Assembly: GCA_001643675.2 (NCBI GenBank)
Contig: LSRY02000015.1
Span: 1 to 64,000, forward strand
Length of the DNA stretch: 64,000 nt
Direction: 5' to 3'
From: Monocercomonoides exilis PA203
Lineage: Eukaryota > Protista > Preaxostyla
Under the pieces are notes generated by a model. The model made no database searches. It saw only the letters and a program-made list of their open reading frames with translations, and had not been told where the DNA came from. This document shows positions 39,594-52,810 of this stretch, in pieces. The first letter of the stretch is position 1; each line of letters starts with the position of its first letter. Position numbers and translations under genes: made by a program.

Positions 39594-41871
39594 CTAGATA
39601 TCTTTCAACGTTTTTGGTTTTCTCTTTTTCAATAAGTCTTTGTGCATCAAATGTTTTATATGATAACGGATGATTTTCAATACTAGAAATGGGAACACTT
39701 TATTTATTTCAGCAACTGATTAATTTTCTTCTTCATTCATTTTCTTCACAATTGCATCGTCTTCATCTTTCCACTTTATTCTGCAAACGTTGTTCTTTTC
39801 ATTTCTTTTTCTGTTTTTGAATGTTAATGTTTGTTATCATTCTTTTCTTTTTCTAACGTTTCTTTCTCTTTTTCTCTTTCATTTCAACAATGTCTTCATC
39901 TTTGATTTGTCTTTCTTCTTTTGTTCTTTTTTCCTCTTATTTTCTCACTTTGACTTTTGTTTCCCTTTCTTCAGCCAACGTTGTGAATTCCGCTGTTGCT
40001 TTTTCTGCAAACTGTTCTATTGTTCAATAACTGCTCCTTTGTGTTCATTCGAGTACAAAAGACAGCGGAGGAGGTGCAGTGTGTGAAGATCAGTTTTTCT
40101 TTATCATAATTCTTCTTCGTTTGATATTTTGCTTTCATTTATTCTTTCAATTCTTCATTCTTTTCGCACATCATCCACGATCCATCTTGAATGTATCTTG
40201 TCATATTTGCCTCTGATATTCTTTCTGTTCCAAAGTATGCATGCATTTATTTTTTCACTCTTTCACTAAATTCTTTATATGGATCTTTGTTTCTTTCTTC
40301 TATGTTCTTGAAAAATATTCCATGAAATGCTTCCAACCCAAGCAGTGTTCTATCCATTTCTGGTTGCATTCCATCATTCTCTTCTAAATGAAGCCTCGAA
40401 GATATCAGTGCTCGCCTTGCAACCTTCTTGATATATCCCATATACACTAGGCGGTGAGACACACAGTCAACAATGAGGGAGGTGCTTTCGAGAACTGCCT
40501 TTTGCGCTTGAAACTCGCTGTTGCTCTTAATAAGAGCAGAGCAAATAAATCCACTCCGTAAGGTGTGGAAGCTGAAAAGAGAGCGCGGATAACCTTCGTT
40601 TTTTCGCTCTCTCTTTGAAGCGTTCCCTCATTGCATCAGTCGACAGTGGCCATACGGGATTTAATTTTTCAACTGCTTCACTCTTATCCATCCAGTCAGA
40701 CAACTTGACTCCAGTACTTTTTTTCAAGTACTTGGAAAACCAGAATACAGCATCTCCATCATCTTCCTTCTCTTCATCTCCTTCTATTGTGACTTCATGC
40801 CACCATGAGGAACTACACTTTGTTCTGTTGAACCGCAAGGCACACAGAATCTTCTTCGTCTCTTCAGATATTGTCACCCTCACAATATCTGAGAGAATCA
40901 TGTTGGACACAGTGATTGATCGTACCCCAGCCTGCACACCAATCAGGAACAATGATGCCTCCATCTCTTTGTGCTTGAAGTGAATTGGTATGAAGTGGAT
41001 GATTCTCTTTTCATCTTGGATTAATGCTGGATCCCTTTCCTTCACTTTCACTTTCACATCCTTATGCGTGCGGAGAAAGCGAATTCCATCATTCATCGCT
41101 GCAATAGTTTGTTTGTTCAGCTTCTTTCCTCTTTTAGCAATGTTCATTCTTTTCAATAATAATGTTATAATATGGATTATCGATTTCAATGAATAATAAC
41201 ATTCTTTCGCGCAGAAGAGAATGAAGCCTTGAGCCACAAGATGATGAAGAGGCCAAGGTTTTTTACTCAATCAGTTGACACCAACGATTCAGAAGTCTTT
41301 CCGCTCAAGCGCTTTCACTTCTGATTGCGTCTGACCAGAGTGGAGCAAGTTGTAAATATTTTTGCGCATTCTTCTTTCCAACACGAAGAGCAGCGATGTC
41401 CATGCGAGTGGGTCGGCCTGGAAATTGACAAAGCTATGAACATGATTTTTTCATATCGAATGATGAGCCAAGTTCTTTTGTGCTTAAGCAAGAGGACTTT
41501 TTATTGGTTGCTGATGATATGATTGGAAGATTTTCGATGTTTGTGAACGGATTGTGAGAGCTGCTTGCTGACGCAGAAGAATATGAAGATGATGAACATG
41601 AATATTTTTCTGAATTCTTCTCTTCTGTGTATTCTCCTAAATTTGTGAGTATTTTTTTGATTTGATCTTCTTTCAAGTCTTTTATTTTTATCTCCTTATT
41701 TTCGTCAAATTCATCTTCTATCATATCATCTTCAGAATCATTTGAAATGTATTGAAAATTCTCTTTATCATCATCACTATTTTCACTATCAGAAAAATCT
41801 TCACTTTCTTTAAAAATGTTATTTTTGTTTTCTTTTTTGCTTTTCAAATAAAGGAGAATAAAAGAAGACAA
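39594..41871 (-). pseudogene. Frameshifted YR-Myb paralogue (copy 2)
   Basis: Fragments collinear with the 943-aa protein: acidic plus SSASASSS N-terminus (41434-41871); KPWPL...EMEASLFLIGVQAGVRS...HEVTIEG (40527-41270); GYPRSLFSFHTLRSGFICSALIK in a shifted frame (~40527-40596); YMGYIKKVARRALISSRL (40247-40462); Myb-like RIKWKDEDDAIVKKMNEEEN*SVAEINKVFPFLVLKIIRYHIKHLMHK (~39641-39785) with an in-frame stop. Confidence 0.85.
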
Positions 41872-41998
41872 AAACTATTTTCTTTTTCTATTTTTTTGTT
41901 CGTATTTTTTTCTATTCCTTGTTAAACAATATTCATCCGATGAAAGAGTATTTTTATTTCCTATCTTTTTTGTTTTTTCATGTTTTTAATTTTTCCTT

Positions 41999-41999
<1 letters not shown>

Positions 42000-42047
<48 letters not shown>
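42000..42047. repeat. Poly(T) tract of ~48 nt (poly(A) on the minus strand)
   Basis: Direct reading; lies between YR copies 2 and 3. Confidence 0.95.
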
Positions 42048-42048
<1 letters not shown>

Positions 42049-42899
42049 TTAAAAAATAATTTCGATATAACAAATATTATTTTTTTAAACTTCCTTTAAA
42101 GTAAATCTTCGAAAAAAAAAAATATAAAATTTTCTTCAATTATTTGTTCGCACAAACGTTTCTTTTCTACAACAAAAATAATGACATTGAAAAGGTTCTG
42201 TTTCCACTTTTTGAAGTTTAACTTGTGAAAACAGAAAATCGAAGAAAATATGAAATTTTAATATTCTATGAAAATTCAGACAAAAGAAAGTATTAAAAAT
42301 ATAAACCATTTTCTCAAAGTTAACATCTTTCGTTTTTTTTTTCATATCTTCTGGAATATTTCTTAAATCTTCTTTGATCAAATTTCAATATCTTATTTTC
42401 ATTTCAAAACCTGTTTATTCCTATGTCTTCTCAGTAAAACTTCTCTTTTCTTTGTGTCATCTTTAATTTGTGTTCATTTAATTCAAGATAAGCATTTCAT
42501 GAAAGTGTTCGTCTCTTTTTTTTCTGTCATTTATATTTTTGGAGTGAACGATTTGGCTTCTAATTGCATCTTTCACATCCAAAAGGTTCTTCTTATCGAG
42601 ATAATCATGTGTTTACGATATGAATTCATTTGCAATGTCAATCAAATCTCCACCGCTGGTTTCAAAGAGTTGAAGAATACACTTTTTGCATGCCTGAATA
42701 GCTGTTTGAGTCTTCTATCTGTGATTATCACGTGCCTTCACAAACAAAGCCGCTGCCATCGAATGCAATTTGGAGATATTTGAAGATGGATATTCGAATT
42801 TCCAGCAGGCGAACATAATTATTTGTGAAATATAAAACCTTCAATTCACAATTATTCTTTCAAACTTCCATTCGCTTTGGTTCACACTCATGTTGTGAA

Positions 42900-43620
42900 A
42901 CACCTCCGGCTTCGAAGGTTCGATATATAAAGGATTGTCACTTTCCAATACAGCACTTGGACAGTTTGTTCTAATTGCTATGATTATCGCTTTGGATGCC
43001 CTATTGAGGTATTTCTCCTCAGTAGATCCTCCAAATATCCATTTGTCTATAATCGAATCTGTTTCTTACACGCTTTCCCATTTGTGAGGACTATCCCCAA
43101 TTTTCTAGCAATGCTGAACACAAAAAAGCCAGAACAAATGGAATCCAAAAATGTTCTCAGGATATCCAACTTGCTTTGCTCTTTTTTGGAATCGAACTCT
43201 CATTGCACCCTTGTGAATTCCCTGCATATATTGTTGTTCTAATGCTTTCAAATTCACCTTATCAAATTCAGTTAAATATAATTCATATTCTTCAACAAAA
43301 AATCGCTCCACAACACCACATTTAATAAAGATTTATTTGCAATATCTCCTTCAACAGTTTCACAATGATCGTCCCCTCTCACTCCCTTTCCACATTCCAG
43401 ATTTACTGTGACTTTAACGAATGTTGAATTTTCTTTTGAGTAAACTCTCGCAATGTCTTGTTGTCTGATATGAGAACATGTGTGGTCTCTTGCACATGAA
43501 GAAAGAACAAACAAAAACAAAGACGCCTCTAAAGGTTTTCCCACAACTCAGTCTGGATAACAATAAAAAATTCACTCCAAATCCGTCACAATTAGCGGCT
43601 GCTTTTTCCGCTTCAAATCT
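42900..43620 (-). pseudogene. Heavily decayed, more divergent YR paralogue (copy 3); boundaries approximate
   Basis: LEASLFLFVLSSCAR (catalytic R box) and CETVEG (43272-43544). MRVRFQKRAKQVGYPENIFGFH (43105-43311) matches FHFKERSEYAGYPRRLFSFH of copy 1. WIFGGSTEEKYLNRASKAIIIAIR (~42970-43050) matches WVPWRLAQMGYLKMVAKRTIVSSR. Several frameshifts. Confidence 0.75.
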
Positions 43621-44390
43621 TCGTCTATTTCATTTTGTATTGGTCTTCTTTTTTTTTTTCTTTCTTTCTCTTTTCAACTACACAAATTTCTGCACTTCAT
43701 CCATGACTATGATCATTTTTTTCCAACTTTTTTTAAATTATTGCTCGAGTTCGAAACTGAAATATTAATATATTATGAACTACAAATTGATTTTGAATTG
43801 ACTTCAACTTGTATTTTGCTCCAATTAAAAATATGTTTCATGAAAATGAGGATTTGTTTTTGTTGAACTGACATTTGTTCAATCTTTCTTTCAATGAAAA
43901 ATGGTTGTTTCAAATGAAAGACGAATATAAATATGTATGTGCGTTTATTGTTTGTTTGTTTGTTTGTTCAGTATAAGTAAAAGAAAAATGGTATCAATTT
44001 TAAAATATAAATATTATCCAATTACAAAATATTTGTCAGTTCTGAAGAGATCAAATAAAGCTGTATGTGTAGTGATTAAAATTGGATATTAACGATCAAT
44101 CTATTTTAAATGTGTTTTGATAATCAAAAATTGTGATTTTTTTAATGAAATTCATTTAATGAGATATTAATTTGATCTTTCGATTATTTGACGTTAATAA
44201 CTTTGTTTAAAAACAATCACTTCATCTATCTTTTCTTCTTTCATAGAAAAAACCTAAAATCCTCACACTCGTTATTATAGAATTGGAGTGAAAATCAAAA
44301 AATAAGAACAATTTGAATGAGTTTGGGTGAATGTGGGTTCATTGAAATGGTTGCTTCATCGACGTAAACAGTCTGAATGTCAAAATTTAA

Positions 44391-44622
44391 ACAACGCTGT
44401 TTCTGTGAGAGAACACGGTCTCCTCCACTGAGAGCGCAGGGCTTGTGGCTGATGAGGAGTTAGAGAGAACCTGAAAAGGTTAGGGGTTCATTGTCCATAG
44501 AGACATTCATGCCCACCTAGCTCCGACTGAATCAGTCACTGAGCCCGCCATGCTCGATAGTGAGAGAAATACCAGTAATCTGGAACCAATTCACAGAGGG
44601 GTTGTCTTAAGGTAACATAGCA
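44391..44622 (+). ncRNA. Unidentified structured GC-rich island; candidate non-coding RNA or cis element
   Basis: About half G+C in very AT-rich flanks, with no ORF in the track. Stems: TTCTGTGA/TCACAGAG (closing), CTCCTC/GAGGAG with inner CCAC/GTGG, AACCT-GAAA-AGGTT, GACTG-AAT-CAGTC, CACT-GAGC/GCTC-AGTG, CCAG-TAAT-CTGG, GTTGTC-TTAA-GGTAAC. G-U pairs and a GNRA loop favour the + strand. Confidence 0.5.
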
Positions 44623-45713
44623 GTCAAACAAATTATTGAGCCAATCTTTCATTCAAATAATTCAATTTAATTAATAAATTTAAACTGAATTCATATTCAA
44701 ATTCTTTTAAATAAAATTCCGATTGTTTCTGAATTAGCAATCCAATATTACAAACATATCAATTCATTCTTCCAATAATAATCATCAATCATTCAAAATA
44801 TGAACCAATAATTATTGTTAACAAATATTTTGAATTTTGAATATTGAATAATTCTTGAATTATTAATATTCTTCAATACTTCTATTTTTTTTTCACCACC
44901 TTATTTTTTTCTCCTCTGATTGCAGGATTCAATGAAACGTCAATTTATTCTTGAAAATTTTAACTTTGTTCAAAAAAACTTTTCAAAAAAAAAAAGAAGA
45001 AGAATATTCAGAAATGTTTCATTCATATAACGATTCTTTCTCCGACAACAATAACACCCAAAATTGGACCGTAGAAGTTAAAAAAGAAAATTCAAATCAA
45101 GTTCGAAAAGGAAATTATTCAAAAGCATTATTATTTGATGGTGAAAGAAAGAATTTATTAACAATAAGAAATAACAGTTTGAGAAAAGGAAGCTCTCATT
45201 CATGTACTGGAACAAACAAGGAACTTTTCTCATTATTTTTTCGATTTGATTTTCTATTATTTTGCATTTCTCATTATCAGATTTTCTTTATTTCATATAA
45301 TAATGAAAAAATCTACATTAATTTTTAAGTGACTAATTTTTGGATCAAAACTAATTAATGAAAAAGTTAAAATATGATTAATAATTGACGAAAGACGATT
45401 TGTGAAATCAATCATAATTCTTTGAAGAATAAAAATTCTTTTATTATGTCAAAAGAAAAGAAAGAAAAACTCAAAAACATATTTTGAAAAACATATAAAT
45501 TGAAATTTATCAATATATCAAAAATATATTAGGAGGAGAATTTAAATGTAATAGATATATTTCTGATTTTCCCGTTATTCAAATGTTTATTAAAAGACCA
45601 AAAATACAACGAAAAAAACTGGATTTGAAGGATGCAAATTGTCTTTTAATTCTTCTTTCTTTTTTTGATGGAATTTATTAATATTTGTATGAATTATCTG
45701 TTTTTTAAGAAAA

Positions 45714-46396
45714 TTGTTGAATGAATTTTTTTCTGTTTATTTATTAAGAATAATAATAGCCAAGTTCAAAAGTGCTTCATGCTCGTCATTTGAAGCGGAG
45801 GCAATTGCGGCAGAAGAAGAACGACTGGTGCAAGAAGAAACACAGTGGTCTAAAGATAGTCTAGAAGAAGAAACTCCAACAAAAAGAAAAATTTCAGGTT
45901 ATTTTTATTTATTTTTTTATCAAAGAATTTTAAATAATAAATGTTTTATTAATATTAATCAGATAATTCAACTGCGCCAACTCTTATTGAAGATGAAGAA
46001 GATGACACAGACGTTATTTGGACTGAAAAAAAAATTGAAAAAGAAACAGAAAAGGATGATGAAATAGTTAAGTTCGGAGCAAAGAAAATTGTTATCCCTA
46101 ATTTCGAAAAAGAAAAGAAAAACAGAAAAGGACAATTAATTGTTCCTCTTGCTACGGAACTTTTAGAAAATGCGAAGGTAGTCAACAATACTGAAAAAGA
46201 AATAGAAAAAGAAGATGCACAATTTTTATCAAGAATCTCATTGAAAATAACAGAAAAAGAAAAGAAACAAAGTGAAAAGAAGAAAGTGTTGACGATGAAA
46301 GAGTGGTTGAATGAGTTCTTTGAAAAGGCTGAACAGAAAAATTCCCAAAATGGATATTACGATGAATATTCTTTGAAGAAAAGAAGAAAATGCTGA
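45714..46396 (+). CDS. Hypothetical Glu/Lys-rich protein, spliced; 5' end uncertain
   Basis: A GT..AG intron at 45898-45962 joins ...EEETPTKRKIS to DNSTAPTLIEDEEDD..., which reads open to TGA at 46394-46396. Confidence 0.5.
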
Positions 46397-47363
46397 GTCG
46401 AAGGTTAAATAGTTATTCTATTATTATTTTTTCTTTCATTTCTTTCATGTGAAAATGTCAAAAAATATTTAAAAATCGATTTCACGAACATTATGATTTA
46501 AAAATGATCCTTTTCGTTGATAAAAAAAAATAATGAATAAAATTAACATGAGAAATTATTGAATTAAACAATTTTCACTCGTAAATTTAAGTTTCGCAAT
46601 TTCCTTTGATAAAACAACAAAAAATCAAAAATCAAAAATTTTTCAACGTTTTCTTCAAGCGTTAGTTAGTTTTTAAAAATTGGTTGAGGAATAAAAAAAT
46701 TTTTATAAAATCATAATCTATTTTAAACAAAAACTCAAATTGTTTTTTAAGAATATCTTTATCTTTCGCATGATAATAAAAAAATTATTTTTTTAAAAAA
46801 ATGAATATTTATTAATTCCATTCATTTTGGTGTATAAAAACATTCACAATAAAAATTCCAAAAATATTATGCCCCATAACCACTTCATATCAAATTTAAA
46901 TACAGATCAAAAAAACCATAAATAAATAGAATAGTAATTCTACATATTTTTGTTCAAACAAGAAATTAAACTTCATTTTGCGTTTCTAAAAGGTTGTTCT
47001 TGAAATAGAATTTCTTTTCTAATTTTTTTCTTTCATTTTCTATTTATTGAAAGAGAATTTTGAAGAAATTTCGTTAATTGTTCTTCTAAACACAAGACCA
47101 AGAAGGATAGATTTGGAGAAGTTTGGAAATACGAAAATGAGGTTTCACAGTGTTTCTTCCTTTTGTTATTTGCTTTTCTTTGAATCACAAAACTGCTTGA
47201 TTGAAAAGAAGTTAGAAAATTCTCATTGAACTGCAAACTTTATCACAAACTCCGAATGAAAACTTTTTCTTCTTCTTCTTCTTCTTCTTCTTCTGTTTCC
47301 TTTCTTTTTCTGACTAAGCATATTCAATTTCCGAAAAGTTAGAAATAGAAAAGCGCTTTGGAT

Positions 47364-48663
47364 TTAAACATTTACAAAATAATCAGAATTATTCAACGTC
47401 AATTCTCGATTATATTTGTAGCGAATTGAAATCACTCCATGAAAACTTGCGATGATATCTTCATATCCTTCTTCTTCCATCTTTTCGAATATCTCCATTT
47501 TTGTTGCCTTTCTTTGCTCTTCTTCCATTTCATCCCTCTTCTTTTCTTCTAATCGTCTTGAAATAGTCGTAAAGAATTGCAAGCATTCAAATGCCACACC
47601 TTCATTCAATGTTCGTCGATGCATTTCCTCCGAAATAGCATCAATTGCTCCGCTTTTCAGCAAATCTTCAATTTTCATATTTCTCTTTTCTGCTGCATTT
47701 CTCAAGGGATAAATGCATTGATTGCTAATAACGCTGTGATTATCCTTTGCCGCTCGAAATAACTGAACAATGCTATTGATTAGCTCAACAAGTTCTTCAT
47801 TCCACAATTTGCACGGGGGAATGAAATAATTAATAACATCCAGCCATCTCTTTAAAGCAATCTCTTCTTCCGTTTCTTTTCTTCTTTCTTCTTTTTTCTT
47901 CTTCCAATCAATACGTCTTGTTAGCTCTTCCAATTCTCTTACTGCTTCTCTTCCAAAATGCAGCTCATTCACAATAGTATCTTCCAAAAAATTATTGGTG
48001 CAAAATCTGTTTATTAAAAATTTCCAAACAGATTGATAGGCAAGTTTTGTTAGATTTCTGTGTTTCTGCTGATGTTTGATGATTTCTGTAATTTCCTTTA
48101 AATATAGTTCTTGCCTAAAAAACTAATTAGAAATTAGAAAATAGCAATAATATCAAAAAAATAAATAACAATGTTCATACGTAATGCCTGTCGATGTGAC
48201 TTAAAGCTAATAAAGCAATTTCCTTTTCTTTTTGTGTTTCTTCATCTTCCTCTTTCTTCAATGCAGCTTTCAGAAGGCAAGGAACGCAAATTGAAAGTGT
48301 TTCCGAAAAAATTCCTTCGTTAAGCAAAAAATAGCATTCACAAATATCAATCAGTAGCTTTTCGTTTCTTTTTTCTTCTTCCTTCATTTCTTCTTCAATT
48401 ATCATCTTTTCAATTCTTTTGTTCAACGAAGATTCTTCAAAGCCATAAAGAAGTATTCCTTTCAATACTTTCAAATATCCTATGCGTTTCAGCAACAATA
48501 ACAAATTTTCAATCAATAATCCGTTCTCTTCAATTATTTTGGTTATTTTGTTGAATAAACCATTTGTAAAAAGAGAGAAAAAATCGTTTCTATCCATTTC
48601 CTTCATCACATCATCCATTTCTTCGATTTTATGTTTCTGTTCTGCTTCAGTGAATTGTTCCAT
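47364..48663 (-). CDS. Helical (ARM/HEAT-like) hypothetical protein of a lineage-expanded family, spliced; start may lie further upstream
   Basis: ORFs 48175-48663 and 47364-47987 join in frame through intron 48123-48180 (GTATGA..CTAATTAG), giving HIDRHY|FFRQELYLKEITEIIKHQQKHRNLTKLAYQSVWKFLINR. The motifs CVPCLLKAALKKEE and KMEEEGYEDII resemble a multicopy family I recall from Monocercomonoides. Confidence 0.75.
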
Positions 48664-51276
48664 CTGTGAAAGTTTCTCTAAAAAATGTTAAAAAATCAAA
48701 AGAGAAAAAATATTCATTCATTTTGAAAACCAACAATTTCTTATTAAACGTTGCAAACTAAGAAATATTTGACTTTTTGAAGTTGGCTGGGAAATCACAA
48801 AGTGAATCAAAAACAACAAATAAATTCATTTTCGAAATATTCGTTGAATATTCGGATTAAAAGAATTAAAAACACAAAATCAAAATTTTTTTAATAACAC
48901 AGGATTCAAAACCTCTTTGGCCATCAATATCTTTTGTCTCAAAGAAAGAAAATCTATGATACAAAATTATCTTGTTTTTGTGCAAATAAATATGGGTTTG
49001 CGACCTACAATTTTATAAGAGAAGATTTTTGATAAATTATTTGCTGTAGCCAAGTCATGTTTGAGCTGCTTATGCGCACAACTACAGATGCATCCATGCG
49101 AGTTATGGCTCTGCAGAAGAGCATGGATTTTGTTTACAGATGGGGAAGCGAATGGCTGTTTTCCAATATGGCTTGCGAAAAGTGAATTAGTGGGAAAAAT
49201 TGCATGAAATGTGAACTTGGTTATATATTGCAAAACATATGACGCAACATCGGCTGACATATTTTGAATGAGAAATAACTCAAGCAAGATGCAGAAAAAG
49301 CCAACAGAATATCCGAAATATTGAATTGAACCGCTTGTTCATTTTGAGGGAAATAAAGTGCACTTGTCATATCTATTGCGCAGGACTTGTTTCATATGGT
49401 TTTTGGGCTGAATGTTTGTTTTGTGGAAAAGGAAAGGGAAATGGGGGTTGGACAATGGAGGAAGCAAGCGGAGCGAGACACTCGGAATACCTTAACAACA
49501 AACGCATTACCTTTTGAACGAATCCTACTGGAATGCCGTCAGCAAAGACAAGACGTTGGATAAATCTTTGAAAAAGAGTTCATTTCTTATTAATTTGGAG
49601 AATGTGTGTTTTCATCAGATATCATGATTGGTTTCACAATGGATTCTAAGAACAAGAAAACCAGTTTGACAGATAATTACCAATCCCTTGGAGATGGGAA
49701 AATATTTCAAGACCAAAAAGATGGTTTGACTTTTTTTGTTTTGTTCATTTTTCTTTTTAGATGTTCTTTTAGTGAATACAGATTGGCCACGAACAGGAAT
49801 GACATGGAAAGAACCTTTCTAAACATTTCGCAAAAGATCCAGAAGTTTTGATATTATTCTTGTTTGGATTGCATTCAACGATGACATTCACGACTTCTGC
49901 CATCTGTTTTGCATGCTGCACAACAAGACAATGCTTAACATGTGCTTGAAAGAGAGAAAAAGCAGTTTGCTTGTTTTTTTGTTGAGGATGTTTGGCGGAA
50001 GCATCTCGTTTGTTGGAGCTGATGAGCTGGCTGGACATTTTCATTCAGAAAGCATCCAACTTTTTTGTGAGTTGTCATAACACTTTGTCATTTCAGAAAA
50101 CTGTTTGATGGAAGCATTTAACTGGAAGATTTTATGGTTAGAATCACATTTCACCCGAAATGTGAAGAATTGGATGAAATGCGAAAGGAATTATGATATT
50201 TTAAAACAGAAGTCAAAATTGAAATACTTCCAAAAAGAGAAGAGAAAATAAGAGAAGATGCAACGCTGAACAAGAAAAAAGAAAAAATGGTAGTTAACAA
50301 GAAAAGTTGCTTTGAGTGGTAATGGAGGAAAGAATAACAAAAAGAGAAGATAGAGCGAGAACCTAACAATTCTGGAGAGAGAGAGAGAGAATCATTCCAT
50401 TGGAGAAAGAAAGAAAGAAAGAAGAAGTTGGAAAGAAGAAAACGGAATGACATAGAGGAAAAGAAGAAAAGATACAGAGAAAGAATAGAAAGAAGAGAAA
50501 AGTATTACACCAATATATTCACTTTGAGATAAGATGAAGAAAACGTTTGGATAAATTTTATCTTCAAAATACCAAAAAGATGTTCTGAAAAGGGGAATAT
50601 ACACAGAGAAAAATGAATTAAGTAAATGAGAAGAAAAAGAAGCAGAAAGATAAAATGAAAAAAGGGACGATTAAATGAAGTGAAATATTTCTCCGAATGT
50701 GGTTCTTGGATATTAACATATGGGCTTTGAGGATATCAGAAGAAGGAAAGGGAGAAGAAGGAAAACGAGAAAGAAGTAATATTACATAAGATGATTTGTG
50801 CAAAGAGGGATAGAATATTGACAGAGAAAAGAGAGATGGAGAGAAAAGATTGTCCTTTCAAAGAGGACGAAAGAAGGGTGGGGAAATGAATGGAAATGAG
50901 GAGAAGGAAGAAAGGAAGGAAAATTTAAATGAAAAAGGATTAAAAGAAAAATAAGCAAAACGCATTTTCATATTTAAATCTGCCAAACATCAAATCACTC
51001 TGGAAAATACATTTCTTTTCCTATTCCTCAACACCATCGCATCATCTTTTTCTTCAGCTTTCATTCTCTTCATCTGCCTCTTCTTCCTCATCATCATCAT
51101 CTTCTTCTTCTTCCTCTTCCTCTTCCTCTTCCTCTTTTTCTTTTTCTTCTCTCTCTCTCTTCTCCTCCTTCCACTCTTCTCTTCGCCTTCTCCATCGCTC
51201 CATCGAATCTGCAGCTCGAAATTCATCAACTCGCCCGCCGGCAAAACCACTTTACCCATTTTCAGATGAAAGTTGT

Positions 51277-51885
<609 letters not shown>

Positions 51886-52810
51886 TGGACGGATAAGAAG
51901 CAAGTATCGAAGAAAAAGAAAGTGCATTTCAAAAGAAATTAGAGAAAATTAGAATCTTAGAGATAGAAGATGAGGAAAAAATAAGAAGAAAAGAATTATT
52001 TGATGATAATGATAATTCCGATGAAAATGGAGGAGGAGAAATGGAAGCATCAATCACACCCGATTCACACGCAAAGGACAGCCGCATGTTGTTGATTGCC
52101 AATTCTTTGCAATTCAGAACATGTTTGTGCTGTGCAGAAGAAGCATATACATATGATGCATGAAAAGATTTAGACTCCTCCTCCCTCCCTCTGTTGTGCC
52201 ATTTCCTCGTGAAACTGCACCACACTCTGCCCGTCTCCCTGCAGCAGCCCAAAACCGATTGCCCGTCTCACCTTGTTCCCTCTTTAGCTGCTGCCCCACC
52301 ACTGTCCGGAACAGCACCCACAGCCAACTGCACCAGCATCAACACTTCGATTCAGCCCCGCTCCCGCACACACCCCCGAAAGCTCGCACACCCGGTCGTC
52401 CAGCGCTGGCTAACCGTCTTCACAACTGAGCCGTTCTCAGACACCGTCAGAGGCGCATGCCGGTATGCTGCGTCGCACACATCCAACAGCCGCAGGCACA
52501 GCGTGAAGAAATCTTTGCTCTGGAATACTTCCAGTGCAGATGTGAACGATGGCAGAAAGCATCTCGACAGATGGGATGCATCTCAGAAGAATTGTTGCGA
52601 CAGCGCCTGCGGCGTCTGCGGATAGCACACACACAGAAGAAACTTCTTCCCATTGTTCGTGGTCCCTCTGTAAGCTGCATCTGATGATGAAGTCGATGTA
52701 TCGCCTCAACGAATCGCATCATGCAGCGCTTTCATCACCTGCTTCAACTTCGCTGTCTCTGCCCAGTAGTGGTTTATCAAAAACGCCAGAAACACTGATG
52801 TTTTCGCCTC

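Noticed and set aside
36106-43620. DIRS/Ngaro retrotransposon or bacterial prophage contamination as the source of the YR genes
   Set aside because: No RT/RNase H, gag or phage genes are visible. The context is telomeric with spliceosomal-intron genes, and the YR has eukaryote-like low-complexity and Myb-like regions.
44420-44490. Hammerhead ribozyme (CTGATGAG...GAAA)
   Set aside because: Stems I-III do not close correctly around a UH cleavage site, and the GAAA fits better as the loop of AACCT-GAAA-AGGTT.
44460-44495. Telomerase RNA template (CCCTAACC on the minus strand)
   Set aside because: The match is only 8 nt and would be sequestered in a hairpin. The G-U pairs and GNRA loop indicate the opposite strand.
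48960-50050. Possible ankyrin-like gene remnant on the + strand
   Set aside because: Only faint fragments (for example VLHAAQQDNA) broken by stops; not supportable.
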